Source: Prorocentrum cordatum
Taxonomy: Eukaryota
Length of the DNA: 64,000 nucleotides
NCBI GenBank assembly: GCA_963575745.1
Contig: CAUYUJ010000003.1
Span: 682,001-746,000 of the forward strand
Direction: 5' to 3'
Shown: piece by piece, positions 16,802-27,535 of the stretch
Layout of the letters: the number at the start of each line of letters is the position of its first letter
How positions within the stretch are numbered: the stretch's first letter is position 1
Made by a program: the position numbers and the translations under genes
The notes under the pieces: model-generated
Databases searched by the model: none
Told to the model about the DNA's origin: nothing
Seen by the model: only the letters and a program-made list of their open reading frames with translations

Positions 16802-17908
16802 TCACACATCGCGACATAAATATCCAGCGTCACAAGATGCGACGCCAGTGGCATGCTGAAAGGTCGAGGTGCACGTTCTCAAGCTCAATGACCATACCTT
16901 TAACTCTCCGTCGCGGGACCCGCTGATGACTGTCTGCCCTGCCCAGTCAACTCTCATACACTCTATTGAATCCGCATGACCATTGAGCGTGACGATGCAC
17001 TGGCCACTTGTGGTGTCCCATAACTTCAGTAGACAATCCTCAGAACCACTTAAAGCTCTTTGAGACTTCGGGTCAAATGCCAAGCACCGGACAGGCTCCG
17101 CATGGCCGTCCAATGTCAGGAGACATTCTGCCGTCCTCAAATTCCAAAGCTTGATCGCCCCATCGCTTGAACCACTCAACGCTTGCCGGCGGCCCCAATC
17201 CGCACCGACACACTTAACGGCGCTCGCGTGACCAGAGAGCACGGCAACCTGCGACCCGGTCTGCAGATCCCAGAGCTCGAGCGTGCGGTTGCTGCACGCG
17301 CACAGCGCCTGCTGCAGATTCCAGTTGACCACCACGTGCATCGCCCAACCGCCCTGCACCGCCATGCTCTTTTCGCACTGGACGCACGTGGCGTCGCTCG
17401 ACGCCTGGTCTGTGTCAGCCTCCACCTGCCGAAGCACAGCCGCGGGCAGAAGGCAGAAGGCCGACATGCTCCACAGCCGCAGGGTGCGATCGTCCGAGGC
17501 GCTGACGGCGCCCGAGCCCCCCTGCCAGTCCACGTCCACGCTCCAGATCCAACCGTCGTGGCCCTGCAGCGTACCGATGCACTCCAGCTCGTCCAGGTCC
17601 CAGCTGCGCAGCGCGCGGTCTGCAGAGCCAGTCACCGCCCGCTTCGACTCCCAATCCACAGACACGCACGTGACGGACGCCGCGTGCCCCTCGGGCGACA
17701 CGAGTGGCTCCTCGTCCCTGCCAGTGAGGTCCCAAAGCCGCAGCGTCCCGCTGGTGGACCCGGTGAGCGCGGCCGTCCAGCGCATCATTAGCACCTGCTC
17801 TGGGGCGGCCCCATGTTCGACGTCCCCGCGCGCGGTGATCAGCTCGATCGCACCCGGGCGCTCCGAGCCCTGAGGCTCCCGCCGCCTCCGGCAACACAGG
17901 AAGGCCAT
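16802..17908 (-). CDS. WD40-repeat protein, 368 aa, intronless retrogene
   Basis: About 7 GH...WD repeats (GHAASVTCV..SWD, GHDGWIWSV..RLW, GHASAVKCV..KLWN, GHAEPVRCL..KLWD, GHADSIECM..KVW); uninterrupted ATG-to-TGA frame. Confidence 0.93.
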   Translation of the reverse strand: MAFLCCRRRREPQGSERPGAIELITARGDVEHGAAPEQVLMMRWTAALTGSTSGTLRLWDLTGRDEEPLVSPEGHAASVTCVSVDWESKRAVTGSADRALRSWDLDELECIGTLQGHDGWIWSVDVDWQGGSGAVSASDDRTLRLWSMSAFCLLPAAVLRQVEADTDQASSDATCVQCEKSMAVQGGWAMHVVVNWNLQQALCACSNRTLELWDLQTGSQVAVLSGHASAVKCVGADWGRRQALSGSSDGAIKLWNLRTAECLLTLDGHAEPVRCLAFDPKSQRALSGSEDCLLKLWDTTSGQCIVTLNGHADSIECMRVDWAGQTVISGSRDGELKVWSLSLRTCTSTFQHATGVASCDAGYLCRDV

Positions 17909-18050
17909 CTTGGGCTCGCGCCTCAGGAGTCGAAGAGCTTGCCCACGAGTTCAGGCTCCAATGCGGGGCGGGGACTCATCCGTAACCAGCGTTCAAGAGG
18001 CGCGCAGACAGCGGAATGCTATTCCCGAAGGCTGGCTCTAATTCGGACCG

Positions 18051-18065
18051 CCTGGGCAAAAACGG
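18051..18065 (-). other. Second, relict spliced leader (SL nt 8-22)
   Basis: CCGTTTTTGCCCAGG vs CCATTTTGGCTCAAG, 11/15, directly abutting the full SL. Confidence 0.75.
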
Positions 18066-18087
18066 CTTGAGCCAAAATGGCTACGGC
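18066..18087 (-). other. Genomic copy of the dinoflagellate spliced leader (DinoSL)
   Basis: Reverse complement reads GCCGTAGCCATTTTGGCTCAAG, an exact match to DCCGTAGCCATTTTGGCTCAAG. Confidence 0.97.
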
Positions 18088-19387
18088 CTCTTGGGGGACT
18101 TCTTGGGAAGCTCCGTGGCCACTTGGAGCCACCTCGCAGTCGATCTGAGGCCTCTTGGAGGCATGTAGCAAACAACGCAGCATCCCGCAACAGCGGATAA
18201 GAGTGAGGAGAGTGCCTGAAGGGGGGATGGCGGTCCCCTTGTCCACAGGGGGCAGCGGGGGGACCCGCCGGGCCCTCCCGCGGGACACCCCATGGGACCC
18301 CATCCGCTACCCCCCCCCCGCGCCAGGGACGGGATCAAAAGGGGATTCTCTTGTTTGATTTCCGTCTGGCTAAATCGCCTCGAGAAGAGGGCCTAGGACA
18401 AGGCGGGGAGCGACGATTCAAACAGAAAAGCGTCTCACACACGCCGACAGGGTCGGCGGATTTTCGGTTGTTGAGAAGTTCTTGCCCAGGGTACCGCAGT
18501 GTATTCTTGAGCAGGCAATGCCCGTAAGTACCACAGCGCCTATATGCAACTGAGCGCCTGTATACACAATAGTGTTCGTGCGAAACACAAATGCTGCAGC
18601 AGCGACATATGTGTGTAGTCTGCGATTGTTGTGTACACCACAGCGAACAAGTACACCCCCCCCACGGGGTCTGTATCGTGTGAACAACGACGTTACTGTA
18701 CCACAGTGATTGCTTGTGTACACCACCATGGCCGATGCTGCTGCAGCAGCATCTGTGCGCACCACAGCGTCAGTGCACACAACAACGCCTGTGCACAAAA
18801 CAGGAATCGTTTGCATCACAACGCTTTGTATTCACCCCAACGCGTGCGTACACCTCAACGCCTGTGCGCTCCACTGCTGCTGCTGCAACAGAACGTGTGC
18901 ACTACAACGCCTCGATGCCTGTGTACAGCACAGTACCAGTGGACACGCTGTCTATGTGAACCTACGAAGGGTTCCAGAAACCTCCGGACGACGTCGGTCG
19001 CCGGTCGTCGATCGTCGATCGTCGGTCGTCGGTGTCGTCGTCGTCGTCCTCGTCGTCGTCGTCGTCGGTCGTCGTCGTCGTCCCCAACCACTCCCAGCCT
19101 CCACATTACCCGGCCCATCCCCCCAACCCCGCGGGAACAAATCGTCGCATTACTTGACCCCTCCCTCACCCCACGGGTGACGGCCCGCTAGTTCTGGCAG
19201 TTCCCATGGACAGATTCAGCGGTCCTCTACTGAAGAGGTATGGACGCCGAAAAAAGCTGCCATCGGTGCGAGCCGTCTTGAAACTGAAAATGACGGCGGC
19301 GGCGGGCCAAAACACTCTAGCTGTGGCACGACTGGGGAGGACGGGAGACACACAAATGCGAGGGAGAGGGAAGGAAGAGAAAGCATA

Positions 19388-19518
19388 ATGTGCATCTACT
19401 CGCATGGACCTGTCCGCCGTGAATGTCTAGGCGCAAGAGCTTTCGAATATTAACGGGCTTCAGTTGTGACGGTCTGGACATCAATCTAACTGCGAATGAA
19501 TTGGAGTGTGAATGAGCC
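19388..19518. repeat. 131 bp direct repeat, copy 1 (copy 2 at 21112-21242)
   Basis: About 5 mismatches by eye, no indels. Confidence 0.9.
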
Positions 19519-19549
19519 TCAGTAGTACGAGCGCGTCTCTGTGCATGAG

Positions 19550-20180
19550 CCTGGGGCCTCCTGGGGCCTCCTGAAACCTACTGGGGCTTCCTGGGGTCTC
19601 CAGGAGCCTCTTGGGACCTCCTGGGACCTCCTAGGAAGGTTTCGTGCCCCAGGAGAGGCGCAATCTATAGCAACAGACGTACATAAAGCATTGCGGATTA
19701 GAGCCACAGGAGAAGGGCAATATATAGGAACACGCGTAAAACACCAAGGACTCGTGCCCCAGGAGAGGCCCAATACATAGGAACATGAGTAAAACATTTA
19801 GGATTGTGTACACAGGAGAAGGACCATCTATAGAAACATACGTAGAACATCAAAGAATCGTGCTCCAGGTGAGGCCCAATCGATAGGAGCATACGTAAAA
19901 CACATGGGATTGGAGCCACTCCTGTTGCCTTCTGAGGCCTCCTGCTCCTGGGGCCTCTCGGGGCCTCCTGTTGCCTTCCGAGGCCTCCTGGCGCTTCCTG
20001 TTGCCTCCTGGGGCCTCCTGTGGTTTCCTGAGGCCTTCTGGAGCTTCCTGGGGCCTCCTGGAGCCTCTTGGGACATCCTGTGGCCTCTTGAGTCTTTCTG
20101 TGGCCTCCTGATGCCTCCTGGGACCTCATGTGGTCTCCTGGGGCCTCCTGGAGCCTGTTGGAGCCTCCTGTGGCATCCTG
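19550..20180. repeat. GGCCTCCTGG-type 10-mer satellite
   Basis: Direct reading. Confidence 0.85.
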
Positions 20181-20194
20181 AGAAGAATCTGCGC

Positions 20195-21890
20195 CCACGA
20201 GCCTGGCCACCAAAACAAGCAAACCGATCGAGACATCCTCAACATCTGGCCCACCTGGGGGGTGAAAATGAGCGCCTCGCTCGAGACATCCTCCAAATCT
20301 GCTCTCCAAGCGAAGGATGTTGGGCCCGGAAACAAGCAAACCGCCTGAGACATCCCCACAAAATGGCCGCGAACGAGCCCGTGCAAACACCCCTGGCGGC
20401 TCCCCTTAGGGCCACGAGCCTGGCCACCAAAACAAGCAAACCGATCGAGACATCCTCAACATCTGGCCCACCTGGGGGGTGAAAATGAGCGCCTCGCTCG
20501 AGACATCCTCCAAATCTGCTCCGAAAGCGAAGGATGTTGGGCCCAGAAACAAGCAAACCGCCTGAGACATCCCCACAAAATGGCCGCGAACGAGCCCGTG
20601 CAAACACCCCTGGCGGCTCCCCTTAGGGGTGCTGAAACCAGCGCCTCGCTCGAGACATCCTCCAAATCTGCTCCGAAAGCGAAGGATGTTGGGCCCAGAA
20701 ACAAGCAAACCGCCTGAGACATCCCCACAAAATGGCCGCGAACGAGCCCGTGCAAACACCCCTGGCGGCTCCCCTTAGGGGTGCTGAAACCAGCGCCCCG
20801 CCTGAGACATCCTCACAATCTGCTCTCCAAGCGAAGGATGTTGAGCCCAGAAACAAGCAAACTGGGTGTGAGTAAGTCTGTGTATGAGTAAGTCAGTGTA
20901 TGAGTATGTCTGAGTGTGAGTAAGTCTGAGTATGAGTAGGTCTGAGTATGAGTAAGTCTGAGTATGAGTAAGTCTGTGTATGAGTAAGTCTGAGTATGAG
21001 CAAGTCTGAGTATGAGTAAGTCCGACAGGAGGGGAGGAGGAAAGAGGAGGAGGGAGAAGGAGTAGGAGGCGTCCAAGTAATAACAATTATTCACTGCCTG
21101 GAGCTCCCCATATGTGCATCTATTCGCATGGACCTGTCCGCCGTGAATGTCTAGGCGCAAGAGCTTTCGAATATACACGGGCTTCAGTTGTGACGGTGTG
21201 GACATAAATCTAACTGCGAATGAATTGGAGTGTGAATGAGCCACGTGAAAATGGGCGCCTCGCTCGAGACATCCTCCAAATCTGCTCTGAAAGCGAAGGA
21301 TGTTGGGACAGAAAACAAGCAAACCGCTCGAGACATCCCACAAAATCCCGCGAACGGGACCGAGTGAGATACCCCCCCGCCGCTCCCCTTAGGAATGTGA
21401 CAATGAGCGCCTCGCTCGAGACATCCTCCAAATCTGCTCCGAAAGCGAAGGATGTTGGGACAGAAAACAGGCAAACCGCCTGAGACATCCCCACAAAATT
21501 CCGCGAACGGGACCCCGTGAAATACCCCCCCGCCGCCCCCCTTAGAGTGCTGAGACGAGCGAATCGCCTGAGACATCCTCCAAATCTGCTCCGAAAACGA
21601 AACATGTTGGATCAGAAAATGGCCAAACCGCCTGAGACATCCCCACAAAATTCCGCGAACGGGACCCCGTGAAATACCCCCCCGCCGCCCCCCTTAGATT
21701 GCTGAGACGAGCGAATCGCCTGAGTCTGAGTGATGACTGAGTCTGAGTGATGAGAGAGCATGAGTGAGTCTGAGTGATGAGTGAATCTGAGTGGTGAGTC
21801 TGAGTGATGAGTGGTGTGTCTGAGTGAGGACTGAGTCTGAGTGATGAGTGAGTCTTGATGAGTGAGTCTGAGTGATGAGTGAGTGGGGAA
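20195..21890. repeat. 130-220 bp tandem units (GAGACATCCTCCAAATCTGCT core) with TGAG-rich microsatellites
   Basis: Core repeated about 8 times; (TGAGTA/AGTCTG)n at 20865-21020 and 21720-21890. Confidence 0.9.
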
Positions 21891-23183
21891 TCAAAAACCC
21901 CATCTTTGGATATGGGGAATCAAGAACCCCATCTTAGGATATGGGGAATAACTTACGTGTGTGTCTGAGTGATGGGTGTGGTGTTCTGTCCTGTTCTGTG
22001 TCCTTCCGGCGCGGTCCGCCAATAACAAGAACCCCATCTTTGGATATGGGGAATAACCCCATCTTAGGATATGGGGAATAACAAGGCAACGACACATAAA
22101 CTTTCGGTTCACGCGTATTTCTCAGATCTGCGCTGAACCCTTCTGGGGGGGCGCACTTGGCGCGCTCCGCGCCGCCAGGAAGGGGGGGGGGGGGGCAGCG
22201 CCGATCCGAGACATCCGCCGCGCGGACCTCCGACAGTGATGTTTCTGTCGCCGATGGCGGAGCCCAACAATAAGCGATACCGAATACTACCGTTCATCCT
22301 GGGACCTCTCCTGGGGAGCGTTCTGACCAGGACTTGGAGGTGATTCCAGCCGTGGCGACGAGGGACGGGCATCGGCATCGGCATCTCTTCCTCCTCATGC
22401 TAACATGCTTCTCCTCAGTATTATTATTCGGCTCCTCCTTTTCTTCTGATAGAGAGACAGAGAGAGGGAAAGGCAGAGAGAGGAAGAAAGAGAAAGAGAG
22501 AGAGAGAGAGAGAAAACAAAAAAAACTGGACGCGATAGGGCGCCGGGCGCCGAGCCTCCCTTCGCCGCCCACGCTCGGCTGACTCGGTAAACCACGCACG
22601 TCTTCTGGGACGACCGCGGCAAACCCACTGCGGGCCCCAAGAGTATACACCACCACCACCACCACCACCACCTCAAGTCCCCTTCCCTCCTCTACCCTCC
22701 TTCTCGCCTCCTCTTTCCTGGGAGAAGGATGGGGTTAGGGAGGTGGTGGTGGTGGTGGTGGTGGTGGTGGTGGTGGTGGTGGTGGTGGTGGTGGTGGTGG
22801 TGGTGGTGTATATTTGTTCCCAACCATCCTGTGTTGGGTCCTCGTCTTGAAGAGACGGTCCCCGCGTTCCTCCTCTCCTCCTCTTCCCCCTCCTCCCCTC
22901 TCTCCTCCTTCTTCCATGCGTTTCACCCACCCTGTACAGCGCTTCGTGGCCCCATAGGGAGCTCCACCGAAGCCCCCCGTGGGACCGCCCGCATGCGTCC
23001 GCCACCACCCAACACGGCTCTTGCTCCCTCGTTTCTCCCTCCCAGTACAAGGTTTCGTGGCCCCATAGGGGGCTCCACCGAAGGTACCAGTGGCACCGCC
23101 CGCATGCGTCCGCCACCACCCAACACGGCTCTTGCTCCCTCGTTTCTCCCTCCCAGTACAAGGCTTCGTGGCCCCATAGGGGG

Positions 23184-24749
23184 CGCCGTGGGCATCGCGG
23201 ACGCACTGGCTCGCTCGCACGAGCGCCTCCAGCAACTAAGCCCTGCCGCCCGCCCGTTCTCGTACCTCGACGACGTGCTTGTGGTCGTGCCAGCTGCGTC
23301 CGCCGCTCTGGCCTACGTCGTGCAGGCAGAGCTCAGGCCGGTCTCGAGCTCAACACGGCGAAGACCAAGGTGTGGACCGCTAGCCCTGCCACCGCGGTGC
23401 CCCCCCAACCCGAGCATCTCCGGACTGCCACCCTTTCCCGTCTGGAAAACCCGGTCAGGTGGTATGACCGTGACGACGGCGGCGGCGACGACAGGCTGCC
23501 TCTCCTGGCCAGCTCCGATGGACGCGAGGTCCTGGACAAGACACGGACGGCACTTTCTGAGCCATTGTGGGACGCTGCGCCAGCACGGACTCTCGGCGGA
23601 AGGGGCGCACACGCTGCTCCGCACCTACGCCCAATGCACGCTGCTGCACCCACCTCCTTCGCGTAAGCTGCGAGACAGCCTGGGAGGGAGAGCTCGACGA
23701 CTTTCTCTGAGGCGCCTACGCTGAACTGACCAGACCTCTGAGCAACGAACAAAAGGACTGGCTCACCCTCTGCCTAAAGGACGGCGGCAACGGCTTCCCC
23801 TCCGCCCAGGAGACCGCCGCCCGCGCTTACCTCGGAAATTGGGTTTTCTGCTTTCGGGGCGCGGCAGCTTGTCTCAGAGCCACCTAAGCGGAGGCCATCC
23901 GGGCCCGCTGCCCTCAGACAGCAGACACCTGGCGCCGCGCCGAAGCAGAACTCGACCGCCAGGAAGCGAAGGCCGAACCCTTGGACAGGGGCACTGGAGT
24001 GCACGACTCCTTTCCTTCGGACACTGGACAAAGATTGCCAACTCACACTATGCGGAGCCTGGGGGCCTGGGCTGCCCCGCGAGGCGGACGACGCCCTCCC
24101 AGACGCTCACTTCTTGGCCAACCTACGCATGCGCCCCTGCTGCGACGTCGGCGCCCAGGGCGCGCGCTTCCAGCACCGCAAACGGGACCGCTCCCTGTGT
24201 GGTGAGACACAGGATGCCAAGGGCTGGCACGCCCGGAAGTGCGGGTGTGGGGGCAGCAGGGAGTACCGACAACATTCCTTGCGCGACTGGAGCGTGCCAT
24301 GGCACTGCACGCAGACTGGCCACCGCGACCGAGCAGCGCGTCCCTGCTTGGGATCGCCAGCACCCTGACACTGGCGCGTGGGAGGGGGCCATCCTCGACG
24401 TGGCTACTCGCGACCTCGTTACCAGCGGCCTCGTCTACGTTGTCTTGTCTACCACTTGAGAACACAGCGACAACAACGCTCGCAGACACACAAGGGTCGC
24501 ACGGACGGGGTGGCGGCTGCCCAGGCGGTTGACGGGAAGCGGGTGCGCTACCCTGCTTCCAGTGGGGAGCTGGTCCCACCCGTCTCGGAGTCAGGAGACC
24601 GACCAGTCGACGAGCTGGTCGCCTTTGTCCGCTCTTACGGCCGCGACTTGCTGGAGACCGACCGGTCTGGCGTGATTTCCACCACCTGGAGGAAGACACA
24701 ACGCTGCTTGGCTTTCGGAAGCGCAGAGATGTTGCTCAGTGCGACGTGA
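23184..24749 (+). mobile_element. 5'-truncated degenerate non-LTR retrotransposon with C-terminal restriction-like endonuclease (CRE-like)
   Basis: RT motif SYLDD (23263-23274), LCLKDGGNG thumb-like motif, HARKCGCGG zinc knuckle, EQRVP..ILDV..VYV and GKRVRY..ELVP RLE motifs; several frameshifts. Confidence 0.8.
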
Positions 24750-25789
24750 ACAGCCAACCAGCCCCCCAACAGCCAGCACAACGACCACCGCCGCTACGAC
24801 CACTACCAGCTCCGACGCGGCCACCACCGCTAGTACGACGACCAGTAACACGGCCACTACCCCGACCCCTGCGACCACCACGTCGACCACCACGACGACC
24901 ACAACGACCACGCAGCCACCGCCACGACTCCTACCACCACGGCCACAAAACCAACTCCTCCACCACGACCGCCACGACCACCACGACTACTACGACCACC
25001 GCCTGGGCGACACCACGATGCCCACGACCATAACCACCGTCTTCACCATTACAACTCCGACGACCGTCATGACCACCACCAAGGCGGCCGCGACCTCCAC
25101 GACCACCGCCGCGACGAATACTCCTACGACCTCCACCCCAGCCCCCGCCCCCTCTTTCCTGCCTTCTCTGCCTGGCCACCCCTGCTTGTTGTCTACTCCG
25201 CTCCTCCTCCTCTCTCCTCCTCCTCCTCCCTCCTCCTCCTCCTCCTCCTCCTCCTCCTCCTCCTCCTCCTCCTCCTCCCCCCTCCCCCTCCTCCCCCTCC
25301 TCCTCCTCCTCCTCCTCCTCCTCCTCCTCCTCCTCCTCCTCCTCCTCCTTGCCTCCTCCTCCTCCTTGCCTCCAAATATTATGGCGTTGCTGCCGCGCGC
25401 GGGCTGGCGCGGTTTTCACCAGGGGGCCGCCGCCAGCTGCCGTGCCCAGGCCTGGTTGCCCCCCTGGGTGCCGGGGACTGCCCTTCCCTCCCCCCCCCCG
25501 CGAGACAGGGAGAGGGAAAAAGAGTAAGAGACGGAGAGAGGGAGACGGAGAGAGAGAGAGAGAGAAGGAGAGATGACAAGATGATGAGGATGAGGAGGAG
25601 AAGGAGGGAAGAAGGAGGAAGACGAGGAGGATGGGTGGCGCTCCCGGGACGAGCCTGCCGGTGCCGCGCGGCGCGCCCCGACGGGTTCCGCCCAAGATCT
25701 GCGCGGTCCTTGGACGGGGCCGGGCAGGGCACGCCGTGCGGACCATGAGCGAGGCGGGCACCTAGAAGAAGGCACACCTGCCCCCCAAA

Positions 25790-25960
25790 CACACACACTC
25801 ACACACACACACACTAACTAACAAACACAAGCACGAGCACAAACACAAACACAAACGCAAACACAAACGCAAGCACACAAGCACACACTCACTCACTCAC
25901 TCACACACACACACGCACGCACGCACGCACGCACCCACTTACACACACGCACACAAACAC

Positions 25961-26029
<69 letters not shown>

Positions 26030-26112
26030 CACACGCACACACGCACGCACGCACGCACGCACGCACGCACACGCACACACACAAACACACACACACACAC
26101 ACGCGTGTGTGT
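25790..26112. repeat. (CA)n/(CACG)n microsatellite
   Basis: Direct reading; duplicate at ~43675-43997. Confidence 0.95.
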
Positions 26113-26159
26113 CTCAGTGTGGACCCCTGGCAAAAAGCTACGGCCCTGTGGACGCATAG

Positions 26160-27535
26160 GCTAGATGTTGCAGGCTATGTGGTGTCGGCTGCGCACTGCA
26201 ACACAAGTGGTGATGTCTATGCGGCGCAAGATCTGTGGTGCATGCTGTGTGGTGTAAGTTATATAGCGCAAGCAATGCGGTGCTATCTGCATGGTGCAAG
26301 CTGTGTGTTGTAAGCAATGTGCGGTGCAAGCTATATTGTGCAAGCTATGTGGTGCAAGCTTCGTGGTGCAAGCTATTTGGTAAAATAATTTCCCCAACGT
26401 CGACCCCAAATATATAGGCGCGAAGCACAACTGGCCCACAGAGCCAGCAGAGGCTTCCCGCCCCTCCAGAGGGGCACCATCCTCGTGAGAGACGCCATTT
26501 TCTGAAAGGCCAGGACGCCCGAGGAAGCATCCTCGTGAGGGTCGCCATTTTCTGAAGGGCCAGGGCGCTTGAAGTACAACTGGCCTGCAGAGCCGGCAGA
26601 GGACTTCAGCCCCTTCTAGGGGTTCAGCATCCTCGTGAGGGTCTCCACTTTTCGGAGGGCCAGGGCGGCCAACCCAAAATTAGCCCACAGAGCCGGCAGA
26701 GGGCTCCTGCTCGTCCAGGGGGGCACCATCCTCGTGAGTGTCGCCACTTTGAGGGGCCAGAGCGCCCGACCCACAAATGAACTACAGAGCCGGCAGACGG
26801 CTTCAGTCCCTCCAGAGGGGCACTCTGCGTGAGGGTCACCACTTGCCGAGGGCCGGGGCGCCCGACCCAAAATTAGGTCACAGAGCCGGCAGAGGGCCCC
26901 TGCTCCTCCACGGGGGCACCATCTGCGAGGCAAATTGTTATACACCGCCACCGCCCGCAACAGTAATTTATCGCCAGAGCGGCTAGGGGCAAGGTCATGC
27001 CAGACGACGCTGCGACGCCGCGGCGAAAAGGAGCGCGGCGCAGCGCGCAGGCGCTGTGGCATGGGGGAGCTCCTGAAGCAAAAACAAAACTTTTTGGTGG
27101 TGGTGTATAAAAATCGCTCCTCTTTGTAACCAAAACTATTTGTTCACCACCACCCCGCGTTTTTTGGTTAATTCTTTTTCGGTCCTTAAGAGAGAAAGGG
27201 CAGCCCACTTGCCGTTGGCGGCGGGAGCGGGACTGCGGGCTTGTCACCAGAGCAAAACTGCACCAAATCGTATCGTAGATTGTTCCCGATCTTGGTGGTG
27301 GTAGTCATATACTGTGCCCAGACCACCCTCGTCGGGGTCGCAACTTTCCCAGGGGCCACGGGGCTCGAACCACAACTGGCCTACAGAGCCGGCAGTGGGC
27401 TTCACTCCCTCCAGAAGAGCACCATCCTCGTGAGTGTCGCCACTTTCCGCAGGGCCAAGGCGCCCGAGCCAAAATTTGCCCACAGAGCCGGCAGAGGGCT
27501 CCTGCTCATCCAGGGGGGCACCATCTCCGTGAGAG
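26160..27535. repeat. GTGGTGCAAGCT repeats followed by ~95 bp units (CAGAGCCGGCAGAGGG..CCATCCTCGTGAG)
   Basis: Direct reading; GTGCAAGCT array also at 60630-60835. Confidence 0.85.

Larger units (their letters stand above)
16752..18101 (-). other. Retroposed (processed) mRNA insertion with target-site duplication
   Basis: GGCCTCTTGGGGGACTT at 16752-16768 and 18085-18101 flanks T6 (oligo-A on -, 16770-16775), an intronless ORF and a spliced leader. Confidence 0.92.

Noticed and set aside
18066..18087. SL RNA gene
   Set aside because: The SL is followed by a relict SL and 5' UTR, not by the GT-starting SL intron; it is a retrocopied leader
21720..21890. TGATGA motifs suggesting hammerhead ribozyme or C/D snoRNA
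   Set aside because: Part of a TGAG microsatellite with no flanking stems
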